Assembly: GCF_006345805.1 (NCBI RefSeq)
Contig: NW_021832428.1
Coordinates: forward strand, 1 to 64,000
Length of the DNA stretch: 64,000 bases
Direction: 5' to 3'
Origin: Octopus sinensis
Taxonomy: Eukaryota
The translations under genes were made by a program, and so were the position numbers. This document shows, in pieces, positions 23,641-37,313 of this stretch (within the stretch, counting starts at the first letter, position 1; the number at the start of each line of letters is the position of its first letter). Under the pieces are notes generated by a model. That model was not told the origin of the DNA. It ran no database searches and saw only the letters and a program-made list of their open reading frames with translations.

Positions 23641-24369
23641 ATTGACTGGTTATTTCAAAAAATGTTTTAAAAAGAATGATTTATTAATTAATCAAAATCA
23701 AATGAAATCTGTCAAACTATACAGCAAAAAAGCACAACTTATTGTATTATGGGCATATAAACACTTTGTAAGATGTGAAAGAGTTCTTTGTTCGCAAAGT
23801 AAACCAAAATTTAAATTAAATGAACTATAATTCAATAGTTTGAACCAGACCCCTGTATTCGACCTACAAAAATAGTAGGAATATATTCAAAAGCAGAGGA
23901 ATATATTCAAAAGGGTTGAATAATCTGATAAAGTTCTATGCAAAAATATCACATAATGAGGAGAAAAAATCCAACACGCTACCCTCAAACAGAAGAAACG
24001 GTCAGCACCTTTTCTTTTTTCGGTGAGAGGTGTTGGATACTTCGATAAACCCAAATGTGATACGTCATTATGGACACAGCCATTTATAAAGAAACGACTT
24101 TGCATTTTTTATACCGGTTTATGGTTCTTGGAAGTATAAAAGAATTTTTACCGTAAAGGTCTTTTCAATATAGGTTTAAAATCAAGTCCGCGTCTACATG
24201 CTTAAAAACATTCACTGATTTCATTCTTACTGGATTTGCAAGCAAACCGAAACACTTAAAAAGTTTCCTTTGTTCTGTCGGTATAAACAAAGTCTTTGAC
24301 TTTGTCTCAAGGAGGATTCTATCAAAAAAGATATTTTCAGAGTAACTCAAACTATGGATCTCACCTCTT

Positions 24370-24570
24370 AAGTGGAAGAAGGGAAAGGGTGTGACTTGGA
24401 GGCCTAAAGTCTACGTATCATTTCCTGTCCAACAGAGTACCTCAGGGATCCTCTTTATCCTCGGCCCTTTTCAACTTTTTCCTGGAAGATCTTCCGCCCC
24501 CTACCGACAATAATGATTCCATCCTATCTTATGCGGATGACATCGTATTGGCCTCACGGGATCTCCACAA
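24370..24570 (+). mobile_element. Short RT fragment related to the 27.8-30.6 kb element
   Basis: It translates to VPQGSSLSSALFNFFLEDLP..SILSYADDIVLASRD. Confidence 0.7.
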
Positions 24571-25649
24571 GTGAAGAGTACTTCCGCATCTTTTTGCATT
24601 AAGAAATTGTGGCGATTTATTTAGGGGCGGTTTACAATAAATGTGTTTCCTCTCTTGAAAGAAAACACAGTGATACAGTCCTGTTTTTTCCCATCTCCCC
24701 AATCGATCCCAGTAGGTTCAACTATGAAAGAGATTCCGGGGACTTCCAAAAGCTCTCTTGATAAGGTTAATGGCTTATTTGATAATAAAAATTTCTAAGC
24801 TCTTGTCTAGATAGACAAACTGATCCCTTTATGTTTGTCATTTTTAATTTCATATCATTAAAGTTTTATTATTTTGAGTAAGGAATAATCTATTTTTCAT
24901 ACATTTGCGAAGAGTTTAAAATTTTAGAATATAAATAAAGTCAAACCCCGTTTACTTGCCAAATTTTTGACCAAGGCAAAAGTTAGCGATTAACTGAATT
25001 TAACGAGTAACTGAATAATCAATAAAAATTTTATATGCACAAAATGTAAAAATAATTAAACTAAATAAGTAAGGGTGCTAAACCAATAAAGATGAAGAAC
25101 ATGGCTTTATGGTTTATAACATAATGATGGAACTAAAAAATTTATAAAATCAGATTAAAAAGTTGTTTTAATCCAATAGTACAAAACTGAATTATTGTAT
25201 TTTGAACTATAGTGATCTAAAACAGATGTTTAGCCTAAATTCCAGTCTTTTTGACGAATTAAATTTAAAAAATCCACCTAACTCCATTTTGCGAGAATAA
25301 ATTTTTCTTTGATCTTATTTCTTAAAACCATACTACAATTTCATGCTCTACCGTCTTTGATGTTGTAGTTATAATTCTACGTCTCGATTAAAGTGATATT
25401 TATGAATATACCAACGTGTTAGATTGATAAAAATGTTTCGAATGGTAGCTTTGAATTTTCTAATTTCGTCTTAGAATCATATAAGTATGACAACTGTGGT
25501 GACCATACCCTATCTTGGAAGGGTTGTTCTTGCTGCAGATAGCAGAGTAACCCAAGATGCGAATACTCCCAACAAAAACTGTAATAAATTGTTGGACTAA
25601 CAAATTAGATAATGACAGGTTAAACAAAATATTTCAAATTACGAACAAC

Positions 25650-26394
25650 TCAATTATTGGGTTCACGGGGAACATGCACGTTTATGAGAAATTGTTCGGT
25701 GCATGTCGTCTTAATTATTTGTATTTTTCTGATTAATTTGTTATTTAGATTCGACCATAATGTGGATCCAGGAAATTTGGTAATGTTCATTCATGGAATT
25801 TTTGCAAATTATACACTTCCAATTCTATTGTCGGTATATTTTATTTTTTTATATTTTTAGACCGTGATTCTTGTATGTGTTTTCAAAGGTGGAATCTATA
25901 CAATTAAAATTGATTCCTTTATTCCTTTTTATGGGATCTGGACAAACTCGGCATTTCAGTGGATATTCGCACAGTATTTTTGTATAATTATTGGCAGTCA
26001 CCTCGGAGTATTGATAACGCAAAGTGAGGCGATTAAAATAGCCCACGATGCTATAAAACATGCAGCGCAAAAGGACCGATTAACAGAAGGATTTTCCCAA
26101 AGTATATTTTAATAAATAATATCTTAGTTCACACAATATCTTTATTTGGAATTAGTTTAGTGGGGATAACCCCACTACAATAACTTCTGAAATTCGTTTA
26201 GTGAAAATGTGTACGACTCAAATTCTTTGAAACGTATTAACTTTTTTAATCTTGTAGATAAAAATGGAGTCGAAAAAATCGAAGTTTTTTCAAACAATTT
26301 TGCGGGATTTTCGGGAAATGTGAAGCTAATACACGAATTAATGTATTATCAATATAAAATACACCCAGTGTTATTAACATCTGGAATACATTAA
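25650..26394 (+). CDS. Possible multi-pass membrane protein gene or pseudogene of unknown family
   Basis: Hydrophobic ORF segments are joined by plausible 26-27-nt GT-AG introns (near 25835-61 and 26102-27). One in-frame TGA is unresolved. A partial paralogous copy lies at about 27490-27670. Confidence 0.3.
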
Positions 26395-27759
26395 AAAATA
26401 CGAGAGACAAATCAATCAAGGTTGTGTGCTTCCTCGACAACAAGCATTTTTAGTGATTTTCGTGGATTACGATATAGCCAGAAAGTAGAGACGCCAAAAA
26501 AATCAAAGACTTAATTTTTCTGGATGTCTGCTATTGATTGATTTTAGTTTTATTTGATCCTTTTTTGATTCTTTGTTATTTTTAATAGATTTCTTGTTAA
26601 TAGATAAATCAGAATAAAGATGAAGTAAAAAAATTCAAAAAGATATAAAAAAAATCATTATAAAAATGTCAAAATAATAAGAGATTGACTTTTAAGGAAT
26701 AAAATCAAAAAAATGATGAAAATGATAAAATTTCAAATTCTGTAATCAGGAAATGAAAGTTCATAAAGATTTATTCCTTACAAATCAAATTAAATAAGAA
26801 TGTAGAAAAGTACATATAAAATACAAACAAAATAAGTCAACTACATGTATCAACGTGTTATAATTTATTAGGCTTACCTTTAAAAATAGGTTAACCATAG
26901 TGTAATAATTTTAATTTTAATAAATATGAATTTTATTTATATTTTCGAGAAGCTTTTCCTACCAATGTCAGTGAGAAATTGAATCACGATGATTCCTGAG
27001 GTCTCTAAGAACTTGGAACTCTCTCTGTGAATTGTCAATTTTGTGAAGAACCATACCTTTACTGACGACCTGAGTATCAGATAAGTTTGACATTTTTTTA
27101 GTGAGGACAGAAGGAATGTGAATATTGTTCATGTCGATCAAGTTACTGTTTACTGAAATGTGCGATGAGACACCTGATTTGACATTGGAAATTAACTTAA
27201 TGTCCCCTTGGTAAATTCATTTGGGTCTTTTGTTGTTTCTGCGTTGAATCATTTATTGGATGGAGAAAAACTAAAAATCAATGTTTTAAAAAGAGGGAAG
27301 AAATATTTTTTCAAGTGTGTGGTTATGAAGGTTTGTTTTCAACTTGTTATTAGTTTAAGTGCGGAACAACAATACTTTAAGTCAAATACCGCGGAGTAGT
27401 TTTGCTTGCTGCAGACTCTAAAAGAACAACGAAATTTAAAGATGGAAGTAGTTAATGTACTAATTTTTTTAATTTTGTAGATTGAAATAGAGTCGATAAA
27501 ATCGAAGTTTTTTCGAAAAATATAATAGCAGGATTTTCGGGAAATGTCAGACTTAGTACACGGATTTGCGAGGAATTAAGGTATCATCGATATAAAAGCT
27601 TTAGAACTATGCGCTCACCCAGTACCACTGATATCCGGAATACATTTAAAAAATGTAAAAAATCAATTGCGTTTGTGTATTTAATTTGTTGTTATATTTT
27701 AAAAAATCCTTTTTGTGGAGACAGTGTAGGAAGTTGTCATCCGTGTTGACATATTCCTG

Positions 27760-30700
27760 CCATAATTATTATTATTATTATTTAAGCCAAAAAACAGAAT
27801 CACCGTCTTAACCATTAACTAACGTGTTCAGGTGATTCCGACACTTCTCAACAGTCGAGCCATCTTTTCACGATGTTCAGACCGTGACCCCACACACTTT
27901 CTGTATGTACGGTGAAATGCTTGTGGTCCATCTCCACGATCCCTCCCACTTGCCTCTACAAGAGACTCCAGTGTTCGATGGACAATTTTCCTGTCGGTAT
28001 GGTCCTTCAGTAGGTTTATGGATTTTTCTTGGATTTTCTCGATTTTTACTTGGTTCGTTGCCGCCAGGTTACAGCCCCAAGCAGCACATGCATAGCCTAT
28101 TGTTGGCTCGATATACTGCTTGTAAAGGGTCTCTACCCCTGGCGGACAAGTTCTCCCACAGTTCCAAAGAAAGGCTTTCACAAAATTGATTTTCTTAATA
28201 CAAGTTGACACGATCGATTCAACATGAGGTGAAAAACAGAGGAAAGTATCAAACGTTACACCCAATATCTTCTGTGTTTTCTTTTGTGTTATTGGGACTC
28301 CATTCAGCGTGACTTCAATAGTTTTCGTCCCCATCTTCCTGTTTTTCGTGAATAGGGTGACTGCTGACTTTTCGGAACATGCATGTAGTCTGTTTTCATA
28401 TAGCCATCCATATAAGTCGTCCAGTATTCTTTGTAGTCTTTCCTTCGCGTATTCGACATTTACATCCCTAGATGCGACAACTATGTCATCGGCATAGGAG
28501 AGTAGTATGTCATTATTATCCATAGGAACCGGGAGATCATTCAGAAACAAGTTGAAGAGGGTCGGGGATAAAAGAGAACCCTGGGGTACACCATTGGGCA
28601 ATAAGCGTGATCTTGAACTCTCGTTCCCGACGCACACTTTCCCACGACGTCCGCTCAAAAAATTCGCTATCCATAGCTTCATAGGTGTAGAAATATTTGT
28701 ACCAAATATCTTTTGAATTAGGATCTTCCTTGGGACGGAGTCAAACGCTTTTTGAATGTCGATAGTGCATACAATTGATTTCTCCTGCAATTTCTTCTTT
28801 TTGTGTCCTTCATTTATAAAATCTGTTAGTGTGGTGAGGAAGGAGGTCGTTGACAATCCTTCCTTGAATCCATGTTGAAATGTGGATTGTGGGAGGAAAG
28901 GGCGAATATGTTTTAGGACCAGTTTTTCCAAGATTCTTGACAGCACACATATAAGGGATATTGGTCTATAGGAGCCGGGGTCGTTTTTCGGTCTTCCAGG
29001 TTTTAATATTGGCCGGATTTTTGATAGTTTCCATAAGTTCGGTATAGAGTTCGTGAATAATGATGTGTTATAGATCGTGGTTAAAGCATTTATTGAAACT
29101 GGGCCCAAGTGTTTTAGTAGAATAAGTGGAATTCCATCCGGTCCACATGAGTTTGTTTTCTTCTGATTCGAGATTGTTTCAGACACCTCTTCAGGAAGAA
29201 AATAAGTCGTCGGGGGCCTTTTGGATGGCTTTGATTTTAATCTTGGCTGTGAGTTCATTTTTTTATAAGGAATATGACTAATCTTGACACAGTGTTTCAT
29301 AAAATTGTTTAGATTGAGCTGATATGTTTCTGTTTTACGCTCGTCAGGATTCTTTAAGCGTCTCAACATCGTCCACATGGCCGAAATAGAGGCTTGTTTA
29401 TTCATGGCTCTAGAGATTCAGCTGAGCTTCTTCCTTTGGACTTGGTTGGTATTATTCGTAATAAGCATGTTTAGAGCCCTGATTCGATCGATGATTACTT
29501 TGGGTCGATACTTTCTTTTCTTGAGGCTGGTTCTTTCTCTGATTAGTTTTTTCGTTCTTGAGTCATATTTTGAGCTCCCACTTCTTATACATGCTCTTCT
29601 GATAATCAAATTTCTTGCATCTATGATAGTTTTGTTGAAGCTTTCCACTGCCCTGTCCAAGGAAGAAAAATTCTTAGGGTGAAAGTTCTGGAGTCTTGAA
29701 TCGACGTAATTTGCGAAAGCATTCCAATCTGCGTTTTCGTAATCATAGAAATAATTTGGTTTCAGTATGAGATGTGGAGAACAGTTCATTCTCATTATCA
29801 TTGAGTGGTGGTCACTTCGGAGATCATAGCGGACCGACCACTTGATGATAGGGGAAAGCCGAGGTGAGCAGATTGATAGATCTGGCGATGTCCTCGTGTC
29901 CTTAGAGTTGTAGGGTGTTCGAGTGTTCTTTTTCGGGTTGTTAAGGATTATTAACTTCTGCAATTGCGATATCAAAAGGTTTCCTCTGGCATCGGCAGTC
30001 TGATATCTGAACCAAGCGGGATGCTTCGCGTTCAGATCTCCGCATAAGAGTAAGTTATCCAATTTATCAAGGCTTGATAGGTCAAAACGATAGCCCTTCT
30101 TGCATGAACCTGGGGGAGGTACGTAGACATTGGCGATTTCAAGTCTTCCGTAGGAGGTCATAAGTGAGATTCCAATTATTTCGGTGTTGGAGTCCTTCTT
30201 TAGGCTTGTATACGGTAAGGGATTCTCGAAATATTTTATTCCTCTCCATGCTCCGACTCGCGGTCACATCGTAGTGCATCGTATCCAGCAAAAAGAGGAG
30301 TAGGGATCCGTTTCGAAAGTTTCGTCTCTTGGAGAAGACAGATATCTATTCGGTTCTCCTCCAAAAAACTGGCAAGTTCCGCCGTCTTTCCTCGAATCCC
30401 GTCAATATTCAGGCATTGTATTGTTAGCTTTGGACCGGGATTCTGTTCCACGTCACCTGAGGTCAACAGCAACAATCGATAGTAAGTGCCAACGTTGAGA
30501 AGATGCCGTCCAGGGGGAAGTCCTCTGGTTGGCGGGGAGCAAATGGTTCTTTTTAGATACCGTTTAGGACTGTATCCGGCGCCACCAGAAAAGGTGAACC
30601 ACATGACGCGCGCTAAAAACATAATTCAGTCAAAGATGATGTTTTTTCTATCGGATCTGTCAAAAAAATATGTTTACCAGTACGAATCATTGTATTTATT

Positions 30701-31040
30701 TTTTAATAATCAATATTTTAGATTTCGCAAGAATAAAAATCGTTCTTTCAGGAGTGCGCTATCTCTGGCACACAATTGTCTCGAGTTCGCCTCTTGGAAG
30801 AGCACAAGTACTGGAGGGAATTCAAATAGTAAGAAAGTATTTTTAACTATTTAGTCTGGTCTATAACGAAAAAGGACTGTTTCTGGAAGGGTTCGTGGAA
30901 ATTGTTAAATTCCCGATCCTCTGGGCCAGCTCCTTAATTCTTCGTTTTGGAATTGACCATCGTTGTTGGACTGCTGTATTTAAATGCCTTGGGGAAGCTT
31001 TTCTAACGAGCCTGCCACAATGAAGGCATTTGCCACGGTC
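27760..31040 (-). mobile_element. APE-type non-LTR retrotransposon (L2/CR1/Jockey-like) with a 2A-like motif, inactivated
   Basis: It encodes LLLLTSGDVEQNPGP, APE motifs (LNIDG, LLQET, LCGDLNAKH, PDLS, SDHH) and RT (YRPISL, PQGSLLSP, YADD). It has a (TAA)n tail at about 27762-83, a nonsense codon at 29418 and internal deletions. Confidence 0.9.
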
Positions 31041-32376
31041 TTCACCTCTGAATACAGATTTTGGAAAACTCTGGTCTATCTTGTCAATTGTATTCTATAT
31101 TTAGCATTTTCAAAGAAATTTGATCCACATAGGAAAGAAACTTTAGAATTTTTGTATTAAAAGGCATCCTTGAGTTTTCATCGAATTATCTAAATGGGTA
31201 AGTTCCCACTACACTAATATGTGTGTTAACATTCCATTACATTTGATGTTCCATTTCATGTATACATTCCATTTGATGTTTGCTCAACTCTTCACATTAA
31301 ACTAGAAAAATGATGACAATTAAATAGTAAATATATATCCTGCTTTTAAGATGAACAACAAAGCCGTTTAATTCAAAAAAATCATATTACAGAAGCTTAA
31401 ACCACTACGTGCTATGACTACATCAATGTGAAGGTTTTATATATAATTATTGGAATAAATGGTTTCGGGCAAATGTAAGTTTATCACCTTCTCAGGAATA
31501 TTTGACAAATTCTGATGATTCAGGAATCTAGCAGCATGCACAATTGAATACTCCACTCATCTGTCCAGTAAATATTCATGTTGATCATCACTAGTTAATG
31601 TACTCTTTCTGTCCATATATGACTTTCAATGATACATTTGAATAGGTGTGTACAAATACTCAAAATAGTAGATAATTAACATTTATGCGACGTAATTCTA
31701 TATATTATAAAATTAAGTTGTAATTGGCAGATGCGTTCATTGTGGCAGGCTCATTAGAAAAGCTTCCCCAAATACAGTTGTACTTTGTAAGAATTATCCC
31801 GGGCATATTCGTTGCCTAAGATCTGTGTATGGAGATGACCATTTTTTAATGTATACAAAATCCGAACAAGAAAAGGTCGTAAAATTTTTTTTCCCAAAAA
31901 AGATAAGCTCGCAAAATTTTTTTCCGAACCAAATAACGTCGCAAAATTTCTTTCCTACCAAAAAAAAGTCGAATTTTTTTGTTAATTGTTTTTATTTTTA
32001 TTGAGAAATTAATTTACTTCTTTCCTTCTAGAGTGTTTTTTCCATGATGTTTCAGATCTGAGTGATATCTCAAGTCAATTATTTCCAATTGTAAGTTAGC
32101 GGCAAGATGAAACATATTTGCGGTGAATGTGATCAAAAAACACTCGTTTCTTTTTCAAGTTTACTGAGAATTTTAAAAAGTGTCTTAAATTGTCAGAAAT
32201 CATGCTGTTTTCGTTTTGTATCGATTCATATAAGAATTCGATGTCGGGGAAATTACACTTTTTAAGCCAGAATGAATTTGTTGCTTATGGATATAATGAA
32301 AATTGTGAGCTAATTTAATATTTGAAAACAAGCATTCAAATAAAGTTCAATCATTTTATTAAATAATCTAAAACTT

Positions 32377-32761
32377 CGGCAAGTCTCTGTTATGGGATGC
32401 GACGTGTTCAGACACTTTCTCGGAGCTCAACCTTCCTTCTTCAGCTGTCGAGCCTGGCTCAGTCTCTCGCAAAACCGAGAAGATGAAGATTGGAAAGTAC
32501 AAGGAGCTCTCTGAACGGTATCTGTTCACTCCCATCGCCGTCGAGACTTCCGGCGTCATCGGCGAAAAGTCTCTTTCCTTTCTAAAAAAGCTTGGCCGCA
32601 TGATCTCCCATAAACGGGGAGACCCACGCGAGTCCAAGTGGCTTTTCGAAAGGATTTCCTTGGCCATAGTACGTGGAAACTGTGTTTCCATTTACGATGC
32701 CGGGAATTTAGTTAGTTAATAACTATTTGTTAATTACATATAAAAAAAAAAAAAAAAAAAA
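32377..32761 (+). mobile_element. 5'-truncated CRE-like retrotransposon with poly(A) tail and 12-bp TSD
   Basis: It encodes the RLE C-terminus FTPIAVETSG...ERISLAIVRGN. A20 lies at 32742-61 and the TSD AATCTAAAACTT at 32365-76 and 32760-71. Confidence 0.92.
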
Positions 32762-32762
32762 T

Positions 32763-34180
32763 CTAAAACTTAGAGTTAGGTTTGTTGTAGATTGGTATGT
32801 TTGGCTCTTCTATAACTGAACACCTGGACTGCAGTGCCGAAACTAGTACAGAACCTGTAAAAGTACGGTCATGGAGGATATCCAGCCTCGTTCTGTTGAT
32901 GAAAAAAAGAAAAGTCAGAAACAGCATTAACAAAGAAAAAAAAGAATTAATCCAATTTTTTGAAGCCAATTTGAGTTGCCTTTTCCCTGAAGCACTGACG
33001 GCAGACGTTGAGGGCATATTTCCTGATCAGTCCATGTCTGTTTCCACACATTCGACTTAAAGTCATCAACCATCACATTACCAAGCACGAGACCCAGGTC
33101 CAAATTTCCGTGGGTGAGAATAAAAAATATTAACGTGACCCATAACAACTAACACGCCTTATATATTTTATTTAAATTAAAATAAATAATTCAACCCAAA
33201 CTAATATTATTAAAATCATTCGATAAACATTTCCTCATAGAATATGCATTAACTGGCCACCCCTTAAAGGATGATAGTCTGGCCCTCCTTCCTTCCCTTG
33301 GAGGACTGGCTGAAGGAGGAGTACCTTTGGAAGACCATCCTCCCTCTGATGACTCGGACAACACTTCGACAGACTCGGGGAGACATGACCTTCACCTTAC
33401 TCCTCTCCCCCTTCACATTCCCAGGGGCGGGAAAACGTTGAATAATAATAGCCCGCCCTTTTGACTGCACATGACATATATCATGCCAAAATATTTGACT
33501 AATATTTTCCCGCCCTTTCCTGACAATGAGTGACCCCGGGAGAATAATCAGCAGACAGTGCCCGTGGAGGGGGTAGATGTCTGCTCCATACAACTCCAAC
33601 CACTTGGCCTTCTGGAGGAAGAGGCGGACACACATCTCCCCGCCCAGTCCCTCCTCTCCTCCATACTCGACTAATCCTCACATAAATTGTCACTTTGGTG
33701 GGAATAGGCAGCCAGTTGGACTGAGTAGTCGAATGGGGTGGCAAGTCGACTGCTGAGGATATCACTCCTCAGTTGCCGGTAGATCACATATCTGTCCTCA
33801 TTTGCCCACAATCACCTCATTCGCTCCTGTCCTATTCCAGAAGGGTCCACTGGGTAGAATTTGAGACACAAATACACACGTGTTCTGTCCAGGAATTCTG
33901 CTCTAGTCACACTCACGTACTTTTTTGCTGAGATTTTACTGTTTTGTTTTCTTTGAGCCACAACTATGATATTATCGAGGGAATAACTCCGATTCCTTCG
34001 ATATCCATGTATTTCAGTCCAAAGTAGTTTCCGTAGTCGTACAACCCCATCATGGTCACCAGGGACTCTATTATGTCACCTCCCTTTGTATTTGTCTATT
34101 TGGACTTGAGGGTGTTTAAATATTACAGAAAATGCCACTGTTTCGCCATCTATGAGTTCGACATTGATGGAGTCACACAT
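32763..34180 (-). CDS. FERM-domain (band 4.1-like) protein, multi-exon, boundaries approximate
   Basis: The N-lobe has VELIDGE...[14 protein letters not shown]. The C-lobe has [17 protein letters not shown]...[13 protein letters not shown]. Confidence 0.7.
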
Positions 34181-34387
34181 CACTCAATACACAATTTCTC
34201 TCCCGCTCATTTATTTAATTTGTCAAAAATTATTAAAAATAAACAAAATTTAATTTTAAATACAATTAAATTATCAATATGCCCTTTGAGAATATTGATC
34301 GACTAATAACCCAATTCAACCTCGACGTCACATACTCATAGGCAAATAGTATTAATATATACCAGCTGTGTTCACATCTACGCAAAC

Positions 34388-35242
34388 ATGACTGCACTTC
34401 CCTCCAAGTTGATTGCACGTGCTACTGCCAATTTGATATTGAGAAACAAGTCGGAGACTCCGGGGACATTCAGTGGGAGTGCTTCGTTTGAGGGGGACCA
34501 GGATGTGAGGCAGATGATAGCCACCGTCACGGACAATGCCATTGCCACAGTCTCCGCACAATTCCATGTCCTCTACTCTCGCGGAATGTTCGAGGACACT
34601 TCCGTTTGGGTCACTGTGGACGTCTCCTGCCATAAACTGACTGATTGTGAAATGATTCCCGTCACCTCCTCCTCTTCCACTTTCCAAATATCCCCTCAAA
34701 TGGCCGCCCGACTCACCAATGAGGGGATGACAGTCCTCACTAAGGAGTCCTCCCCAACACAACCAGACCTCCCAATTAAAACTGTCTCCCCACCAAAAAG
34801 TGGCCCGTCTTTTAACCCGCCTACTAAAAGAAAAGATCCTCTCGTTTTTCTTAGTCGACGGTCCTCGGAGGAGCTCAACCTTGGGCGTTGTTATGCCCAA
34901 CCTCAAAGAAATACAAAACCAGGAGAAAAAAAGTCGGGAAATAGTATAATTTCGTCTTTGAGTGGAGGCAGTTCTGAGATGGTGCACTGCTCGGTGCCTC
35001 GGAAGGACGGGGGGAGGACTGTGGAATGTGTTCGAGAGGATGTGACACAGAGCACCCCAAAACACACATTTCCGAATGTTCGAGTGAAGGTGAGGAGTTC
35101 TGTTCGGAAGGCGGGGACCCCTCCCTCGACAGAAGACCGGTTTGAGTGTGAGACAGTCATGAAGTGTGTGGACGGGAAGGTAGAAATTGAGAACAAAGTA
35201 TATCCTGAGGACAAGGCTGCCCAGGGTGAAATTATTATTTAA
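34388..35242 (+). CDS. Hypothetical 284-aa protein, S/P/T-rich, intronless
   Basis: It has an ATG start, an open frame and coding-like GC content in AT-rich flanks. No family was recognised. Confidence 0.5.
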   Translation: MTALPSKLIARATANLILRNKSETPGTFSGSASFEGDQDVRQMIATVTDNAIATVSAQFHVLYSRGMFEDTSVWVTVDVSCHKLTDCEMIPVTSSSSTFQISPQMAARLTNEGMTVLTKESSPTQPDLPIKTVSPPKSGPSFNPPTKRKDPLVFLSRRSSEELNLGRCYAQPQRNTKPGEKKSGNSIISSLSGGSSEMVHCSVPRKDGGRTVECVREDVTQSTPKHTFPNVRVKVRSSVRKAGTPPSTEDRFECETVMKCVDGKVEIENKVYPEDKAAQGEIII

Positions 35243-35479
35243 ATACATTATTAATTTACTAATTCTTTCGACACTTTCGTATATAAAATTGACTTTCGAA
35301 CATTCAAATTAATTCTCTAACCTAAACTATTCTCAAAATATAAAGTATAGTTAATTAGAATATGATCCTATGACTAGCGTTTGCTTCTCTTATTAGCTTG
35401 ATTAATATTTGCCATTATAATCAGTAGAAAAGTATCAATTATTGCATATAATGTTTTGGTAAATTAAAATCAAACAATA

Positions 35480-36610
35480 ATTCAAGTAAAAATTTATTCC
35501 CATCTATTCAAGCACGTAATCAAAATAATCCTATCTTTATCATTTAAATTAGTTTTACATTTCTGTTTTTAAGATCTGACAATTGAAATAAGGACTTGTC
35601 CAGACAATAATGACAGATACACTTAATGATTTAGCTCTGAAAAATATTAACAGTCATTTTTCCCAATCGTTTAATACAGCCTATTTAAAAAAATGAGTTT
35701 TTATTGTGGCTAAGCATAGAAGATTATTTTAAAAATCATTGGCTTTGTTTAGAAAAAGAAATCGCGCGAGTCCTTGATCTGGTCTTTAAAATTAATTTTT
35801 AACTAGGTCTAAAAATAGGGTGGTAAATATTATTTTAGGAGCTATATAATTTAAATATTGTATTACATGTTGGAGGATAAAATATGGATTGTTATATTCA
35901 AATATTAAAGAACCAGAGATCAAGTTTTACAAGTAAAAATTAATATAATTACTAAATTCTAAAATAAATTATTGAAATGAAAAGAATTTGTTGTGGTTTT
36001 GTAATTTTGGACGCATTTTATTATAGTAGAATAACAATAAAACAAGTTAAAAATGGTTGAAAATATTCCCTAATTTATTGGAGTGCCGTAATTTGAACAT
36101 TTGACTACTTTGGAGTGTTTTTGTGCATCTGGGCAATCAAAAATATTATGGAAAACAATCCATTTTTTGCTGAGACAGATTGACCACAAATAAACTTTTA
36201 ATCTCAAATATGATTACGACTTTATTAAACAGTATATAAACAAATATACATTATCTCAAATATGCTTTCATCGTCGATTTGGAATCTAATGATTCTTTGA
36301 GTATTCACAAATCAGTGGACGGGAAATATATTGCAATGATCGATCTACTTGTTATACTTTTTATTGCTTTGACCAGTTTTGTGTTTATCGTTATCAGAAG
36401 AATATTCTGGTGTCATTTGTAAAGAAAAATATAGAATATGCAACTAACAATGAAATTTACGAGAAGTACAATACTTACAATGAGGATACGTTTCTCGAAA
36501 ATATTCATTCAATTCTGAATTTTCTGAATGATTTTATTATCAAAACTTCTCACGATTTGTTAGAAAATTTGACAGTCAATTTATATTCCGGTGACCATTA
36601 TTGGTGAAAT
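35480..36610 (+). pseudogene. Internally deleted protocadherin-like copy (upstream region joined to TM/tail)
   Basis: 35480-36250 parallels 40200-40840. It then jumps to degenerate HKSVDGKYIA...KKNIEYATNNEIYE, followed by a piece homologous to 46440-46740. Confidence 0.7.
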
Positions 36611-36731
36611 CCCTTTGACTAAGAAGCCCTATCCATTTAAAATTTATATTTTCCCACAAAGTATTATTCCATAAGATATTCGTTCACTGTTTATTTGGTG
36701 GCATCACATTCCTCGAGTATTTACACGTCAC

Positions 36732-37125
36732 TCATAATCGTCGTTTTTCATCTTTCCTTGGATTTTTCTTGATTTTCGTTTTCTCAAAATAAGACAAGTC
36801 CAGAATTAAAATAATATGATTAAAGGTTGCAAAAGTGTCGTACATCTCGTAAATTTCGTTATTTGTCGCATATTCCACATTTTTCTTTACGAATAATGCC
36901 ATAATATTCTTCCGATAACGAAAACCAACAAAACTGGCCAACCCAAAAGTATAACAAAGAGAACAATCATCGCAATATATATCCCGTCCACTGATTTGTG
37001 GACATTCAAGGAATCATTGGATAACAAATTTACGCTGAAAGTATATTTGAGGCAAGAATGCTTTCGTGAAATAGCAGTTATCGTCAATGTATAGTTCTCT
37101 CTCAAAGACGGTTGAATTTCCATAA
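36732..37125 (-). pseudogene. Protocadherin-like 3' fragment (membrane-proximal, TM, tail), frameshifted
   Basis: It reads EIQPSLRENYTLTITAISRKH...SVDGIYIAMIVL...FRYRKNIMALFVKKNVEYATNNEIYE. Confidence 0.8.
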
Positions 37126-37313
37126 CAAACTGTATCAGGACAATAACGAAATTTATGAATTGTGTGATATTTAATCATTTATCGAGATTATTATTGTTTG
37201 TAAGTTCTTTATTGTATTATATCTCACTATTTCAAGTCAATTTAAAAGTTATGATGCATTAGGTAAAACTAATTGTTTAGTCAAAACAAATAAGTAATCC
37301 CAGTTAGTAAATA

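Noticed and set aside
30989-31772. 45-bp inverted repeat (30989-31034 / 31726-31772) as MITE termini
   Set aside because: Both arms encode a C-x2-C zinc-finger-like fragment and have no TSD. They are more likely two retroelement 5' remnants.
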